DNA of 63,744 nucleotides, filler included, from Octopus bimaculoides (lineage: Eukaryota), in NCBI RefSeq assembly GCF_001194135.2. It is 5 parts of 5 records of this genome, joined end to end, with 100 filler letters (N's around TTAATTAATTAA, not from the genome) between each part and the next. Parts side by side here need not be neighbours in the genome. Positions count along the whole stretch, not along the records: positions 1 to 17,101 come from NC_068989.1; 4 more parts are not named here. The stretch is one strand, 5' to 3'. A program made the translations under genes and the position numbers. Below are positions 1-14,854 of the stretch, one piece after another. The notes beneath the pieces were generated by a model. It worked only from the letters and a program-made list of their open reading frames with translations. It had not been told where the DNA came from and ran no database searches. Positions within the stretch are counted from its first letter, which is position 1. Each line of letters begins with the position of its first letter.

Positions 1-64
<64 letters not shown>

Positions 65-719
65 GAATCGAGTGATAGAATTTAATGCAACAATCGATTT
101 TATTTTCATTTGAACGACGGGGAAAAAATAAATGGAGAATATGTTTCTAAATTTCTTTCATACTGACAATGGAAAATTTTCATAGAAATTACATAGATTT
201 TCTATTGTTTGTAGATAATGAACTTCAATCAATATTCCAAGTGTTTTAGGGAGTATATCATTACTCAATACATTTTTAACATGGTGGAGAAGTAAAGAGC
301 GAGTTAACACTTTAAACTGTACTGCTAGAAATTACTTGCTGAAGTTTAATGTCACACAGAGGTCGATTATAGCATATATATATATATACATGTGTGTGTA
401 TATTTGTTTGCTTCCACGTGTGTGTGTGCATATCTTTTTATACATGTGTGTACTTATGTTTGTTTGTGACTGCGTTTATAATTGTTTGCATAAGCATCAT
501 TGTATATGCCTTCTGTGTCAGTATGTGTGTGTGTGAAAGTGTTGTAATAAATATTTTATATAAACGTATAGTTTGCTTTAATAGTGTCGCTTGCAATAGT
601 TTAGTTATATATGTTCCACTTCAGACTAAAATCGATTGGATCGTTCACCTCTAGAGCTTTTGTATTAGATTGTGGGAAGGAAGTAATATGAATTTTACAA
701 ATTTATATTTTTACTTTAT

Positions 720-724
720 TATTG

Positions 725-765
<41 letters not shown>

Positions 766-1034
766 TTTTTTTTTTACTTTATCATTATTATTATTTTTTC
801 ATTGTTATCATCATCATCATCAATATTATTATTTTTACAAATATTTTTATTATTATTATTATTATTATTATCATTATTATTATTATTATTATTATCATTA
901 TTATTATTATCATCATCATCATCATCATCATCATGATTACCCACATTTTCGCCCTGGTGACGAATAAAAAAAATCATCATCATCACCACCATCACCATCA
1001 TCATCATCATCATCATTATTATTACAATTAGTAA

Positions 1035-1082
<48 letters not shown>

Positions 1083-1177
1083 CATTAATATTACTACTAG
1101 TATTACAAATATTATTAGTGTTATCATTAATATTACTACTACTATTACAATTATTATTATTATTATCATTATTGTTA

Positions 1178-1266
<89 letters not shown>

Positions 1267-1357
1267 GTCATTATCATCATTCTTTGCCCTGGTGGCAAAT
1301 AAAAAAAATCATCGTCACCACCACCACCATCATCATCATCATCATTTCTATTATTAC

Positions 1358-1426
<69 letters not shown>

Positions 1427-1502
1427 CATCATTATTATTATTCTCATCATCCTCATCTTCGTCGTCATCATCATTATCATCATCATCATTATTATTATTA
1501 TT
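720..1502. repeat. Compound (ATT)n/(ATC)n microsatellite with an internal duplicated unique anchor
   Basis: Direct reading. The anchor ccctggtg.c.aataaaaaaaatcatc occurs at about 952 and 1287. Confidence 0.95.
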
Positions 1503-1788
1503 CCTGTTGTTTTATTTTTCTGTTTAGTTCGCGGGGACATTGGCATTATATTATATTTCTAATGTATGTAAATATGAAGAGGAAACAATAACTTATAGTT
1601 TCAATCTTAGATAACAAATGTAAATACCTATTATTCGTGGGGCAGGGGGCGGAGGGAATGTTATTTTGAAATATTTAAGACTCGTATAAACATTTCTAAA
1701 TATAACATAGCAAAATATAATTCATATGTACATACGTATATATGTATGTATGTATGCATGTATGCATGTCTGTATGTGTGTTGATATA

Positions 1789-1823
<35 letters not shown>

Positions 1824-1910
1824 GCATGTATGTATGTACACGTGTGTGTACGTATGTCAATAAGGTTAAATGTATACTACAGGAATAGATGGGAAGTTAA
1901 GTAAATAATA

Positions 1911-1953
<43 letters not shown>

Positions 1954-2422
1954 CGACGACGACGACGATGTTGATGAGGAGGAAAAACGTAATAATTATA
2001 GTGTAAAGATAAATATGTTAATAAATATAAATTATGGTTTCCTTGTAATCTACTGCAGGAAATAAGCACAACTGGATTATACACACTCATCTATCTTTAT
2101 GCAAATATGTGATGCAGATAGAGTGACAGAGAGAGTGAAGGAGAGAGAGAGAGTGAGGGGAAGGGAAACAGACAGAGAATTTGAGAGGGAGGTCTGATGA
2201 GGGAGTTATGCCTTGAGAGAAAGATATAGACGGTACCATTGAATTTCTACATAATTTCAAAATGAATATGTAACGTAGTCTGAATGAGACATGTATGTAT
2301 GTATGGCACGACTATTAGTCTAATGTATTGATCTAAGCGCAAAGCTTCTATTCATGTCGTTTGCGGGCTTATGTAATATCAGTGTGTGTGTGTGTGTGTT
2401 TGTGTGTGTGTTTGTGTGTGCG

Positions 2423-2468
<46 letters not shown>

Positions 2469-2596
2469 AGAGTTGTAATGCCAGAAATTATTACTGAAAA
2501 AATGGAGATTGTCGCTTCTTGACAATCTATCTTGTTGTTACCAAAATAGTAAATAATTGTTTGTTTGTGTACGTGTACCTGTGAGTGTTTGTGTGT

Positions 2597-2633
<37 letters not shown>

Positions 2634-2734
2634 TNNNNNNNNNNNNNNNNNNNNNNNNNNNNNNNNNNNNNNNNNNNNNNNNNNNNNNNNNNNNNNNNNN
2701 NNNNNNNNNNNNNNNNNNNNNNNNNNNNNNNNNN

Positions 2735-2775
<41 letters not shown>

Positions 2776-4562
2776 CAGATAGGGCGCTAGTTTCTGCCTA
2801 AATATACAGGTGTACGCATGTCTGCAAAATATGGACACAGCAGAATACACAGTAAAATTATTCATGTCAAGTTACACATTTTATTACAGTTATCGACTGC
2901 TGCCTATACTTACGGTCTGGAAGGGCTGTCATTGTAACATTACCATAGATTTATATGTCACATAGCTATGCACCTGAAGAGAGATAGGGGGAGAGAGTAG
3001 GGAAAAAGAGACCGAGAGAGAGAGAGAGAGGGGGGGAGAGTATTTGTTTGTATTATAATTATTTATTTCTCTTATTGATTCTTGATGGATTGTAGCTCAG
3101 GAATACGGTGAAAATAAAAGAAAAGCATTATGAGCCAAAATAAATAGCTATAGAGTCAGCATAGCAAAATGTTAGATGAAGCAAAAATGGAACAGGTGAG
3201 GAAATACATGGCTCACAGTTATTCTTATCTTGTACGAAGGAGTTAAAAATCAATGGTGCACGTTTTCAGTCGTGATAATGGCCAGTGAAGTATAATGACG
3301 TTTCGTATAAATCAGTTACAACACGACCGTACGAGACAACAAATGCCAAACGCTAATACATTCGATGCCATATATATATGCAAGCTTGTTTGCATCTCAT
3401 TACACTAGCTTGGCCAATTTTGCGTGCTTGCCTTCCATTTGAATTATATACGATCTCAGCTGGTGAATATAAAGATATGTTTTAACTGACTGATCAGCTT
3501 TTCATTACAAAAGCTAAGAGAGAATCATTGTATTTATTGATTAAATTTCGTTACATATATATATATATATATATANNNNNNNNNNNNNNNNNNNNNNNNN
3601 NNNNNNNNNNNNNNNNNNNNNNNNNNNNNNNNNNNNNNNNNNNNNNNNNNNNNNNNNNNNNNNNNNNNNNNNNNNNNNNNNNNNNNNNNNNNNNNNNNNN
3701 NNNNNNNNNNNNNNNNNNNNNNNNNNNNNNNNNNNNNNNNNNNNNNNNNNNNNNNNNNNNNNNNNNNNNNNNNNNNNNNNNNNNNNNNNNNNNNNNNNNN
3801 NNNNNNNNNNNNNNNNNNNNNNNNNNNNNNNNNNNNNNNNNNNNNNNNNNNNNNNNNNNNNNNNNNNNNNNNNNNNNNNNNNNNNNNNNNNNNNNNNNNN
3901 NNNNNNNNNNNNNNNNNNNNNNNNNNNNNNNNNNNNNNNNNNNNNNNNNNNNNNNNNNNNNNNNNNNNNNNNNNNNNNNNNNNNNNNNNNNNNNNNNNNN
4001 NNNNNNNNNNNNNNNNNNNNNNNNNNNNNNNNNNNNNNNNNNNNNNNNNNNNNNNNNNNNNNNNNNNNNNNNNNNNNNNNNNNNNNNNNNNNNNNNNNNN
4101 NNNNNNNNNNNNNNNNNNNNNNNNNNNNNNNNNNNNNNNNNNNNNNNNNNNNNNNNNNNNNNNNNNNNNNNNNNNNNNNNNNNNNNNNNNNNNNNNNNNN
4201 NNNNNNNNNNNNNNNNNNNNNNNNNNNNNNNNNNNNNNNNNNNNNNNNNNNNNNNNNNNNNNNNNNNNNNNNNNNNNNNNNNNNNNNNNNNNNNNNNNNN
4301 NNNNNNNNNNNNNNNNNNNNNNNNNNNNNNNNNNNNNNNNNNNNNNNNNNNNNNNNNNNNNNNNNNNNNNNNNNNNNNNNNNNNNNNNNNNNNNNNNNNN
4401 NNNNNNNNNNNNNNNNNNNNNNNNNNNNNNNNNNNNNNNNNNNNNNNNNNNNNNNNNNNNNNNNNNNNNNNNNNNNNNNNNNNNNNNNNNNNNNNNNNNN
4501 NNNNNNNNNNNNNNNNNNNNNNNNNNNNNNNNNNNNNNNNNNNNNNNNNNNNNNNNNNNNNN

Positions 4563-4596
<34 letters not shown>

Positions 4597-5179
4597 TATT
4601 ACATACATATAAAGAGAAACAGAGAGACGGTAAGAGAGAAAACGCATGTAACTACTAGAATATTAGTGCTGAGATATATACCTACAAACATACATACACA
4701 AATTTATTTTAATATGTGTATCTGATCAATTTCAATCGCCATTCCGTCTATATTATTAATAACTAATTATATTATTTCCCTATATTATTTCAATGTATTT
4801 TCATATCATATTAGTTTTATCAGGAATTCGGATAGATTTTGCATGAAATTATTTTCCCTTTTATAGAGTGATGTTCGTTAGTGATTTTGGGTTACTATAC
4901 GCTATTTGTCTTTTAATTTAATGGTAAATTAAAAAGGTCGAGCACTCTAAGGTTCTACAAACAAAAAGAACCTATTTGAAAGTCAAAAATTCTCGATTTT
5001 CTATTTTAATATTTGCTCTAGAAATTGCAATTTTCATGTATTCACTTTTTATGCTGACGGTTGTATATGTTTAACTGGATGCAACACATACAAACACACA
5101 CACATACATGCACTCACATGTACACATACACAAACACACACACACTCACACACATATGTATATATGTATATATATGTGT

Positions 5180-5411
5180 TATTTCTTTACTACCCACAAG
5201 GGGCTACACACAGAGGGGACAAACAGGAACAGACAAACGGATTAAGTCGATTATATCGACCTCAGTGCGTAACTGGTACTTATTTAATCGACCCCGAAAG
5301 GATGAAAGGCAAAGTCGACCTCGGCGGAATTTGAACTCAGAATGTAGCAGCAGACGAAATACCGCTAAGCATTTCGCCCGGTGTGCTAACGTTTCTGCCA
5401 GCTCGCCGCCT
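5180..5411 (-). mobile_element. tRNA-derived SINE, family 2 (head aaggcggcgagctggcag)
   Basis: Near-identical to the copy at 20306-20540. Contains the B-box-like gagttcaaattcc. CpGs retained. Confidence 0.85.
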
Positions 5412-5416
5412 ACACA

Positions 5417-5489
<73 letters not shown>

Positions 5490-6194
5490 GTGTGGGTGTG
5501 TGTGTGTGGTTTGATAAGTGCCAACGCATGAAACTCTCGGGCCCTGAGTCACGCTGTTGCTGAATAAATAAATAACAACAACAACAACAACAACAGCAAC
5601 AACAATAATCGACCTCTTATATGGTTTAGGCTGTCCAAGGTATAAACATCCAACGTGTATCAAACTTGAAGCGTCTCAATCTTTACAAATCACAAAAGTA
5701 ACTTTTAACAACGTGGTACATCGTTACCTGATGTCATCACAGCGACAGCAGCAGCAACAACAACAACGTCGACAACAAGGGGAGTGTCTTTAACTCGTCA
5801 AAGTGAAATAGAAACCTACTCCTTTGTTAAAACTGTTTCCAGCCCAAAGGGACACCTGAGCCTTTCTAGTGAGGATCTGTAAAGAGGTTGACAGTGAGGG
5901 AGAGATTTGGAAAAACAAAATGGTTTAAACTGGATTTAAGAAGGTCAAATGTGGGATAGTCGAAATTAATATTAGGGGCGGGGGAGGCTTTATGACGTAG
6001 ACTACCGTTTTTTTTTGTTGTTTTTTTATTTTTGCGTTTGACAGGTCCCTAGCAAGTGTTGAGACGTTGACATGTTTGATAGACATGAAAGGGTTTAGGG
6101 GATTCCTGTATTGTCGTATTTATTCGCGGGTGACATTTTCATTGAAATGTTGCGCTTCTAAAGGTGAAGAAGGTTGAGTAGAGCTGGTTTGAGC

Positions 6195-6718
6195 GTGTGT
6201 ATGTATGTGTGCGTGTGTATGTATGTGTATGTGTGTATGTGGGTGTGGTAGTGAGTAATGTGTGTCTATGTGTATAGGTGTGTGTTTGTGTGTGTTTGTG
6301 TGTGTGAGTGTGTGTGTGGTAGTGAGTATGTGTGTGTCTATGTGTATGGTTGTGTGTTTGTGTGTGTGTGTGTGTGTGTGGTAGTGAGTATGTGTGTCTA
6401 TGTGTATGGTTGTGTGTTTGTGTGTGTGTGTGTGTGTGGTAGTGAGTATGTGTATCTATGTGTATGGTTGTGTGTTAGTGTGTGTGTGTGTGTGTGGTAG
6501 TGAGTATGTGTGTCTATGTGTATGGTTGTGTGTTTGTGTGTGTGTGTGTGTGTGTATGTGTGTGGTAGTGAGTGCGTGTGTCTGTGTGCATGTGTCTATG
6601 TGCATGTGTCTATGTGCATGGTGGATGGAGATATGTATGGGAGGCGAGAACACTAGCGAATATGTGTGTGTGCGTGTAAACGCTTCACCAGCGTGTGTGT
6701 GCGCGTGTATGCGTTTGC

Positions 6719-6772
<54 letters not shown>
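6195..6772. repeat. (GT)n-derived higher-order repeat
   Basis: About six units of gtggtagtgagtatgtgtgtctatgtgtatggttgtgtgtttg(tg)n followed by pure (GT)n. Confidence 0.9.
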
Positions 6773-6775
<3 letters not shown>

Positions 6776-8539
6776 CGTTTGAGCTATGTGTCTGAATATC
6801 TTTGAGCAGATCGCCAGCACATGTGTAGAAGTCTGATTCGTGTGTTTATGTGTGTGAGTGTGTGTGTGTGTGTGTGTGTGTCTGTGTGGATGTGGATCGT
6901 TATAGTGGGCAGGTCTAAGAAACCTTGATGCAACCCACAAATGTCCAGATTCTTTTGGGTCACTCAGTAGCAGGGTTCTTTCTTTTGCTAACCTTGCATA
7001 CACAACACCAAATGCGTTGCAGTTGTAACCACAATCACGGAGAAACTAGTTTGTTTTAACTATTTCGAGGGGATTTACTGCTTACTATATCAGCTACGGA
7101 CATTCTGACTCTTACCCACATTTGCATACAAGCCTCTGCACACACACGCACCCACACACACACACATACACACACATACACACACGCTCATTCATACAAT
7201 TGCGCACATACGTTCACAGACACAGTGATAATTCGCAACGATAAGCGAATACGAAAGATCGAGAAAAGAAGCAAACATTGCCTAGATAACTAGGTTTGAC
7301 CTAGCTCAATTTTGAAGAGATAATATTTAGCTAAATACATTAACTTTGTAGGAATTAAGGATTATCTCTTACTAACCGGAAGATTAAAGACATCAAAAGG
7401 TCTCGTTGCTACTGAAATTTTATATCTTAGCATTTTTAACCAGAGCCGCGGTTTCTAAGCTTCGGATTATTATTGGTAAGAGGCAGTGGAAGGGTTATTA
7501 TGACGGGTCGGGGAGGGTGCTAATTGCTATGTAAAGAAGAATAGGATATATATATATATATANNNNNNNNNNNNNNNNNNNNNNNNNNNNNNNNNNNNNN
7601 NNNNNNNNNNNNNNNNNNNNNNNNNNNNNNNNNNNNNNNNNNNNNNNNNNNNNNNNNNNNNNNNNNNNNNNNNNNNNNNNNNNNNNNNNNNNNNNNNNNN
7701 NNNNNNNNNNNNNNNNNNNNNNNNNNNNNNNNNNNNNNNNNNNNNNNNNNNNNNNNNNNNNNNNNNNNNNNNNNNNNNNNNNNNNNNNNNNNNNNNNNNN
7801 NNNNNNNNNNNNNNNNNNNNNNNNNNNNNNNNNNNNTATATATAAACTGGTTCTTCCTTTATTAGCAAGAAATCTTGAAATATAACTGAATAATGACATA
7901 CATACGTACATACATACATACATACATACATACATACATACATACATACAAATGTATACATAGCATACATAATGCTTTGTTTACAAGTTGGGTGGAATCT
8001 GTAACGCTGAATGCAATACAACTTTCTTTGTACTGAGATCAAATCATATGGAAGTCGACTTCAGATTTTCTTTATTCCATGGTTGACAAAATAATCGTAT
8101 GTAATGTACCGATATGGAAACAAATTTCGTGCGTGCTCCCAACACTTTTTAAGTGGTGATGTAGGGCCATTATTGTACAAATATGATAACGTAAGTCAAG
8201 CTGGCGCCTGACGTCTTTGATTAGCTTAAATGGTGACTCCCAAGGGGACTCAAAGTTTAATAATTCTTAGATAGAACTAGAGTGAAAGACATACAGAGAT
8301 ATGAGTGTTTATGTGGTGGTGGTGGTGGGGGGGGGCTTTATTTAGAAAATTTATTATTTTAGCAAAGAAATTTAGCAGCTAATTCATTGCATGCGTGTGG
8401 CGGTAGGGGTTTGAATAAGCCATGACCGACTGGCGAAACTTCGAAATCACTGTCAATAAAATTCTAATAAATAGCTATTGGACACAACGCATCTACTGTG
8501 TCCTTCAGAAAATGAATGAACATAAAAACATAATTTTAG

Positions 8540-8690
8540 GTCTGTATACACACATACACACATGCATTCACAAACATGCACACACACGCGCGCACACACT
8601 CACACACACACACACTCATATATACACATATCTATACGCATTTATATACCTACATGTACAAGTGTATGTATGTATATATATGTTTGCATG

Positions 8691-8743
<53 letters not shown>

Positions 8744-8878
8744 GTATATATGTACGTGTATGTATGTATGTATATATATATATATGTATATATATATGTA
8801 ATATATATATATATATATAATATATATATGTGTGTGTGTGTGTATATATATTTGTGTATGTATGTGTATGTACGCATG

Positions 8879-8920
<42 letters not shown>

Positions 8921-9130
8921 CAAACATATATACATATACGTATATGTATATGTATATATATGCATGTAGGTATATATGTACATAAATGCATATATATATA
9001 TACGTCTCTCTCTCTCTATATATATATATGTATGCATGTATATATGTAACTATATTTGTATATATGCATGTATGCATGCATGTATCCATGTATGTATATG
9101 TGTATGTACGTACGTATGTATGTATATGTA
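8540..9130. repeat. (TA)n/(TG)n/(TATG)n low-complexity block, representative of dozens in the window
   Basis: Direct reading. Such blocks generate the YIYI, CVCV and HTHT pseudo-ORFs. Confidence 0.95.
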
Positions 9131-11514
9131 GATTGAGAGAGAAATAGTGGAAAGATAGAGAAAAGAACGAGAGACTAAGAATATTCCATCCATGAGTTAG
9201 TTCACCCCTAAAAATTATAAGAGTCTGATCATTAATTGTATACACGTTGATATATGACAAGCATTCAAAATGGTTGTGATTTTGGGGGTTGGTTGTAGTG
9301 TTATAATTGGCGGTGAAACTATAGAAACAGGAGTGATCTGTGCAGCTGGCTGATAAAATTAAATTAAATGAACAAGGTGAGAAAAACACCCTTAGAATTG
9401 CCGCCATTTTACTAGCAACCGTTGGATGCTGAATATAACCTCATAAATTTATCTGAATTAATTCGACAGTTTAATGCCCATGCAGACAATGGAGAAATCC
9501 TAACAGAATTATGACCTTTATTGTGTAGATGATGCGGGTCTATAAACATGTGTGCTTTACACTTCCCTTGTCTTTTGATACTATTAATTAATGCTGTTCC
9601 GAGACCATTAAAACAACGGTGGACGGTGTGATCCATAATGCAGTAGGTTACTGGGTCACTTCGAAAAGCATCTCCTTCAAGCTATGCATCTGGAGTGAGT
9701 CAGGATATCTACAGCGAACCAAAGCTTCCTAGTTTGATTCCCTGGCAGAATAATGAGCTCATAACAAAATACAATGAGAAAAACAAGGAAAGAGCTTACA
9801 CCAGTAAGATATATTTACCCAAGTTCACATCTATAAACTTCGCCTGGTGCTAACTTAACAACTGAGGAAATGTGTCATTATTGAGCCAAGTGTTCTCTAT
9901 TTAGCGGGGCAAAGCTATATTCTGAAGCGCAATCTATACGATCATTTTACTCTTTCATTTTGCTCTCTTTCTCCCTCTTATTCTTTTATCTCCTCTTCTC
10001 CCACTATTCTTTCCTATTACTCTGTCACTGTCTCTCCTTCACTCCTCCTCCCTTGCTCACGTGGCTCTCACGTGACCATCGGCCACCTTTCTTCTCCTAC
10101 CTTGTGTTTCTTTCTCTTCGTTGTAGCTGGGACAAGGAAGACGTGTTCTTGTTTGTCACCTGCCCTAGCTTCATTTACGCGTTCGCCACCACAACCCCGT
10201 TTAGGCTTAGCAGCCTTTCCTGATTGTTTTTCACTGTCCTGGTTGTGTTACCTATTTTGGCCCTCCGCAAAAATTCCAAATTTTATTTAATTTGCTTTGC
10301 GGGAGCAACTGTTTTATCGAAAGCGTATATTGTTGTTAAATGCTCGAAATACGAGACTAGAAAAACAGCCAACAACTGATGAAGGGTCATTCTTTATGTT
10401 GTTTGTTTTGTTTTCCATTTGTGTCTTTCGTTGTTCGAAAAAATAGTTCATGTTCCATGTACTCGTGCTTCGTAGCTTTTTTTGTTGTACACGTTTCATC
10501 ACGTCTTGTACCCACGTATGCTTATATACATACGTATGGGTGTAGGTATGTACATATACGTATGCATATATGCATATATATANNNNNNNNNNNNNNNNNN
10601 NNNNNNNNNNNNNNNNNNNNNNNNNNNNNNNNNNNNNNNNNNNNNNNNNNNNNNNNNNNNNNNNNNNNNNNNNNNNNNNNNNNNNNNNNNNNNNNNNNNN
10701 NNNNNNNNNNNNNNNNNNNNNNNNNNNNNNNNNNNNNNNNNNNNNNNNNNNNNNNNNNNNNNNNNNNNNNNNNNNNNNNNNNNNNNNNNNNNNNNNNNNN
10801 NNNNNNNNNNNNNNNNNNNNNNNNNNNNNNNNNNNNNNNNNNNNNNNNNNNNNNNNNNNNNNNNNNNNNNNNNNNNNNNNNNNNNNNNNNNNNNNNNNNN
10901 NNNNNNNNNNNNNNNNNNNNNNNNNNNNNNNNNNNNNNNNNNNNNNNNNNNNNNNNNNNNNNNNNNNNNNNNNNNNNNNNNNNNNNNNNNNNNNNNNNNN
11001 NNNNNNNNNNNNNNNNNNNNNNNNNNNNNNNNNNNNNNNNNNNNNNNNNNNNNNNNNNNNNNNNNNNNNNNNNNNNNNNNNNNNNNNNNNNNNNNNNNNN
11101 NNNNNNNNNNNNNNNNNNNNNNNNNNNNNNNNNNNNNNNNNNNNNNNNNNNNNNNNNNNNNNNNNNNNNNNNNNNNNNNNNNNNNNNNNNNNNNNNNNNN
11201 NNNNNNNNNNNNNNNNNNNNNNNNNNNNNNNNNNNNNNNNNNNNNNNNNNNNNNNNNNNNNNNNNNNNNNNNNNNNNNNNNNNNNNNNNNNNNNNNNNNN
11301 NNNNNNNNGGGGAGTGCTGCGATGCGTTTTCGCAGTACATGCAAAACCTTCGACAAACCGCCGGGCTGTGATAATCGTCCGTAGCTCGTGATAAGCGTCA
11401 CGTAATTCACAGGTGGACGTACTGTGATATCCAGGAACCGTGATGAACGAATCAATGAATCTGTTTCTGACCTAGCTCACCACAAAATAAGGAAATGTGT
11501 CTATCTAGTAGATG

Positions 11515-11770
11515 CTCGTGGAGGCGCGTGGCTTAGTGGTTAGGGTGTCAGCACCATGATCGTAAGATTGTGGTTTCGATTCCTGGACCGGGCGACGCTT
11601 TGTGTCCTTGAGCAAAAGGCTTCATTTTCCCGTTGCTCCAGTCCACTCAGCTGGAAAAAATGAGTAAGGCTACGATGGACTGGCGTCCCGTCCAGTTGGG
11701 AAATACATACGCCATTGAAACCGGGAGACCGGGCCCATGAGCTTGGCTAGGCTTTTAAAGGGCGCAAAAA
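11515..11770 (+). mobile_element. tRNA-derived SINE, family 5
   Basis: A box tggcttagtgg, B box ggtttcgattcc, central tgtgtccttgagcaa...ttgctccagt block shared with 59940-60232. Confidence 0.75.
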
Positions 11771-12672
11771 GAAATAAAAGTAGATGCTTGCCCTCGAAGA
11801 AATTGATGATATACAACCCCTTTCAATGGAGGACGCAGAGCAGAATATATCAGTCCGTGGTATAAAGAAAGAGGGAACATGGCGGGAGTTCCTTTGATGA
11901 CTAGCCTGCTCTATAAGCCTAGCCCAGTTCTACATCACAACACAGTACTAATACAACTACTACAACTACCACCACCATCACCACTACCACCACCACCACC
12001 ACCACTACTACTACCATAACTACCACCACCATCACCACTACCACTACTACTACGACTACTGCTTAGAAGCATCAGTCGGCACGGGAGTATAGTAGAAGAC
12101 ATTGGTCGAGGGGACGCCCACTGAATTAAACCTGGAGCCGTGTGGTTGCAAAGCGAAATTCTTAACCACACAGCCAAGCCTACAGGTAAATATTTCTTTT
12201 TTCCCCAAATCATATTTATCTTATCGTTGATGTAGTTATTAAAGCGTAAACATCACAACTTTCCATTAGTTTTTCACACTTTACTGCGCCCCAACACCAA
12301 CCAATCTTATTGTAGTTTCACACTGTGTACCAAGTCAAAAGAAACAGATATTGCTATTCTCCTGCTACATGTTTCGTCAACTGTTGTAGGAAGTCAAATC
12401 AACTATAATAAAACAATACGCGACAATATAAGACACCAAGAGCAACCCTGGCGGCAGCACCAGCTTCGACAACATTGACGAACGGTAACTGCTAATGTGG
12501 TGCGTTTGAGATAGTATCGACATCTAAAGAGTTAGATATGAATTATGGTATGTAGATCCAATGTTGGCTTTTGAATAAAATCCACCGTATGTACAAACAT
12601 ACATACATATATATATATATATCAATTTACGTATGAATGCATATGCATTAATGTTATATATATGCATGTATG

Positions 12673-12746
<74 letters not shown>

Positions 12747-12780
12747 TGTATGTATGTATGTATATATATATATATATAAG

Positions 12781-12865
<85 letters not shown>

Positions 12866-13262
12866 TTATATGTATGTCTAGATAATGAAAAGAAAAAAAT
12901 TATATGCAACAAAAAACATTGTGAATAGTATTTTTTTCGTAAGTAGCAACAGTATATTCACACACAAAACACACACATATATATACACATACACACAGAC
13001 TATCACACATACACATACCATACGAACGTACTCACAAGCATGCACACACCTATACACACAGCGTTTTGCTGCGTCTAGGAATCAACGAAGATCATATCGC
13101 AAATGAATCACACCAGAAACGTATCCAATATATCATTCCATTTTATCACATGTGTATTATACATTAAATGCACGTGAATGTCGGTCTGTTTGTCTGTTTC
13201 TTAATGTCATGATGACGACGACAACGACGACGACGACGACGATGATGATGATGATGATGATG

Positions 13263-13296
<34 letters not shown>

Positions 13297-13908
13297 NNNN
13301 NNNNNNNNNNNNNNNNNNNNNNNNNNNNNNNNNNNNNNNNNNNNNNNNNNNNNNNNNNNNNNNNNNNNNNNNNNNNNNNNNNNNNNNNNNNNNNNNNNNN
13401 NNNNNNNNNNNNNNNNNNNNNNNNNNNNNNNNNNNNNNNNNNNNNNNNNNNNNNNNNNNNNNNNNNNNNNNNNNNNNNNNNNNNNNNNNNNNNNNNNNNN
13501 NNNNNNNNNNNNNNNNNNNNNNNNNNNNNNNNNNNNNNNNNNNNNNNNNNNNNNNNNNNNNNNNNNNNNNNNNNNNNNNNNNNNNNNNNNNNNNNNNNNN
13601 NNNNNNNNNNNNNNNNNNNNNNNNNNNNNNNNNNNNNNNNNNNNNNNNNNNNNNNNNNNNNNNNNNNNNNNNNNNNNNNNNNNNNNNNNNNNNNNNNNNN
13701 NNNNNNNNNNNNNNNNNNNNNNNNNNNNNNNNNNNNNNNNNNNNNNNNNNNNNNNNNNNNNNNNNNNNNNNNNNNNNNNNNNNNNNNNNNNNNNNNNNNN
13801 NNNNNNNNNNNNNNNNNNNNNNNNNNNNNNNNNNNNNNNNNNNNNNNNNNNNNNNNNNNNNNNNNNNNNNNNNNNNNNNNNNNNATTAATCCATATATAT
13901 ATATTAAT

Positions 13909-13954
<46 letters not shown>

Positions 13955-14768
13955 TTGCTTATACAAGTATCTTATTTTTTCATCTAAAATAAGAATAGTT
14001 CGTGCGATTGTAAATGTGTATACATGTACATGCGCCCGTTTGTGATTATTAAAATACTATTGCTTATGTATGCATTTAGATACGTGTGCATACGTATGTC
14101 TATGTTTGTATGTGTGTGTACCTTTGTGTATGTGAGTGTGCGTGCGTGCGTGCGTCCGTACGTGCGTGCCTGTTCGTAAGCTAAATCACAAGTTTGGATT
14201 AATATATGCTAATACGTGAGTGCTTACGAATAATATGCGTAGGGGTTTACGCGTAGATGTGACGGAACATACATATCTGTTCTTACGCGCATGTGCTCAC
14301 TGGCTGTGTGAATACGCTTCTGTGTGCATGCGTATACATATATGTATGTGTGGGAATATATACGCCACTATGTGAGTGAAACAATAGGCAAAGATGACAA
14401 AGAATGGGCAACCATTTATATAGAAATTCTGTTATCAATACTTGCTATCTATCGCACCTCTCAATAAACATGCGTTTTGTATGCCAACGACAAGCATATT
14501 ACTTATAGCGGCGCATGCATTTTTTATATGCATGACACGGTTGCATGATCGTACCAACACACACACATATACATATATATTGACATTTATATACATTCGT
14601 ATATGAGAGATATGTATATACATACATACATATGTGTGTGCATGTATGCATGTATGTATATAAATATCTCTCATTTATAAATGTATATATGCATTAGTCA
14701 CTTATGCATATACATACATATATATATGTAAATATATATGCATGCGCATATATATATATGTATGTATA

Positions 14769-14854
<86 letters not shown>

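Noticed and set aside
2196-2225. CTGATGA followed by GAGAGAAAA as a hammerhead
   Set aside because: No correctly placed stem II-GAAA or stem III; it lies in an AG-rich low-complexity tract.
3576-4561. Nearly all N gaps are flanked by (TA)n
   Set aside because: This is the expected short-read assembly failure at long TA tracts, not a system.
11515-11590. tRNA-like sequences (also 26878-26950 and the heads of SINE families 1 and 2) as tRNA genes
   Set aside because: They have A and B boxes but no complete cloverleaf or acceptor stem, and they run directly into SINE bodies.
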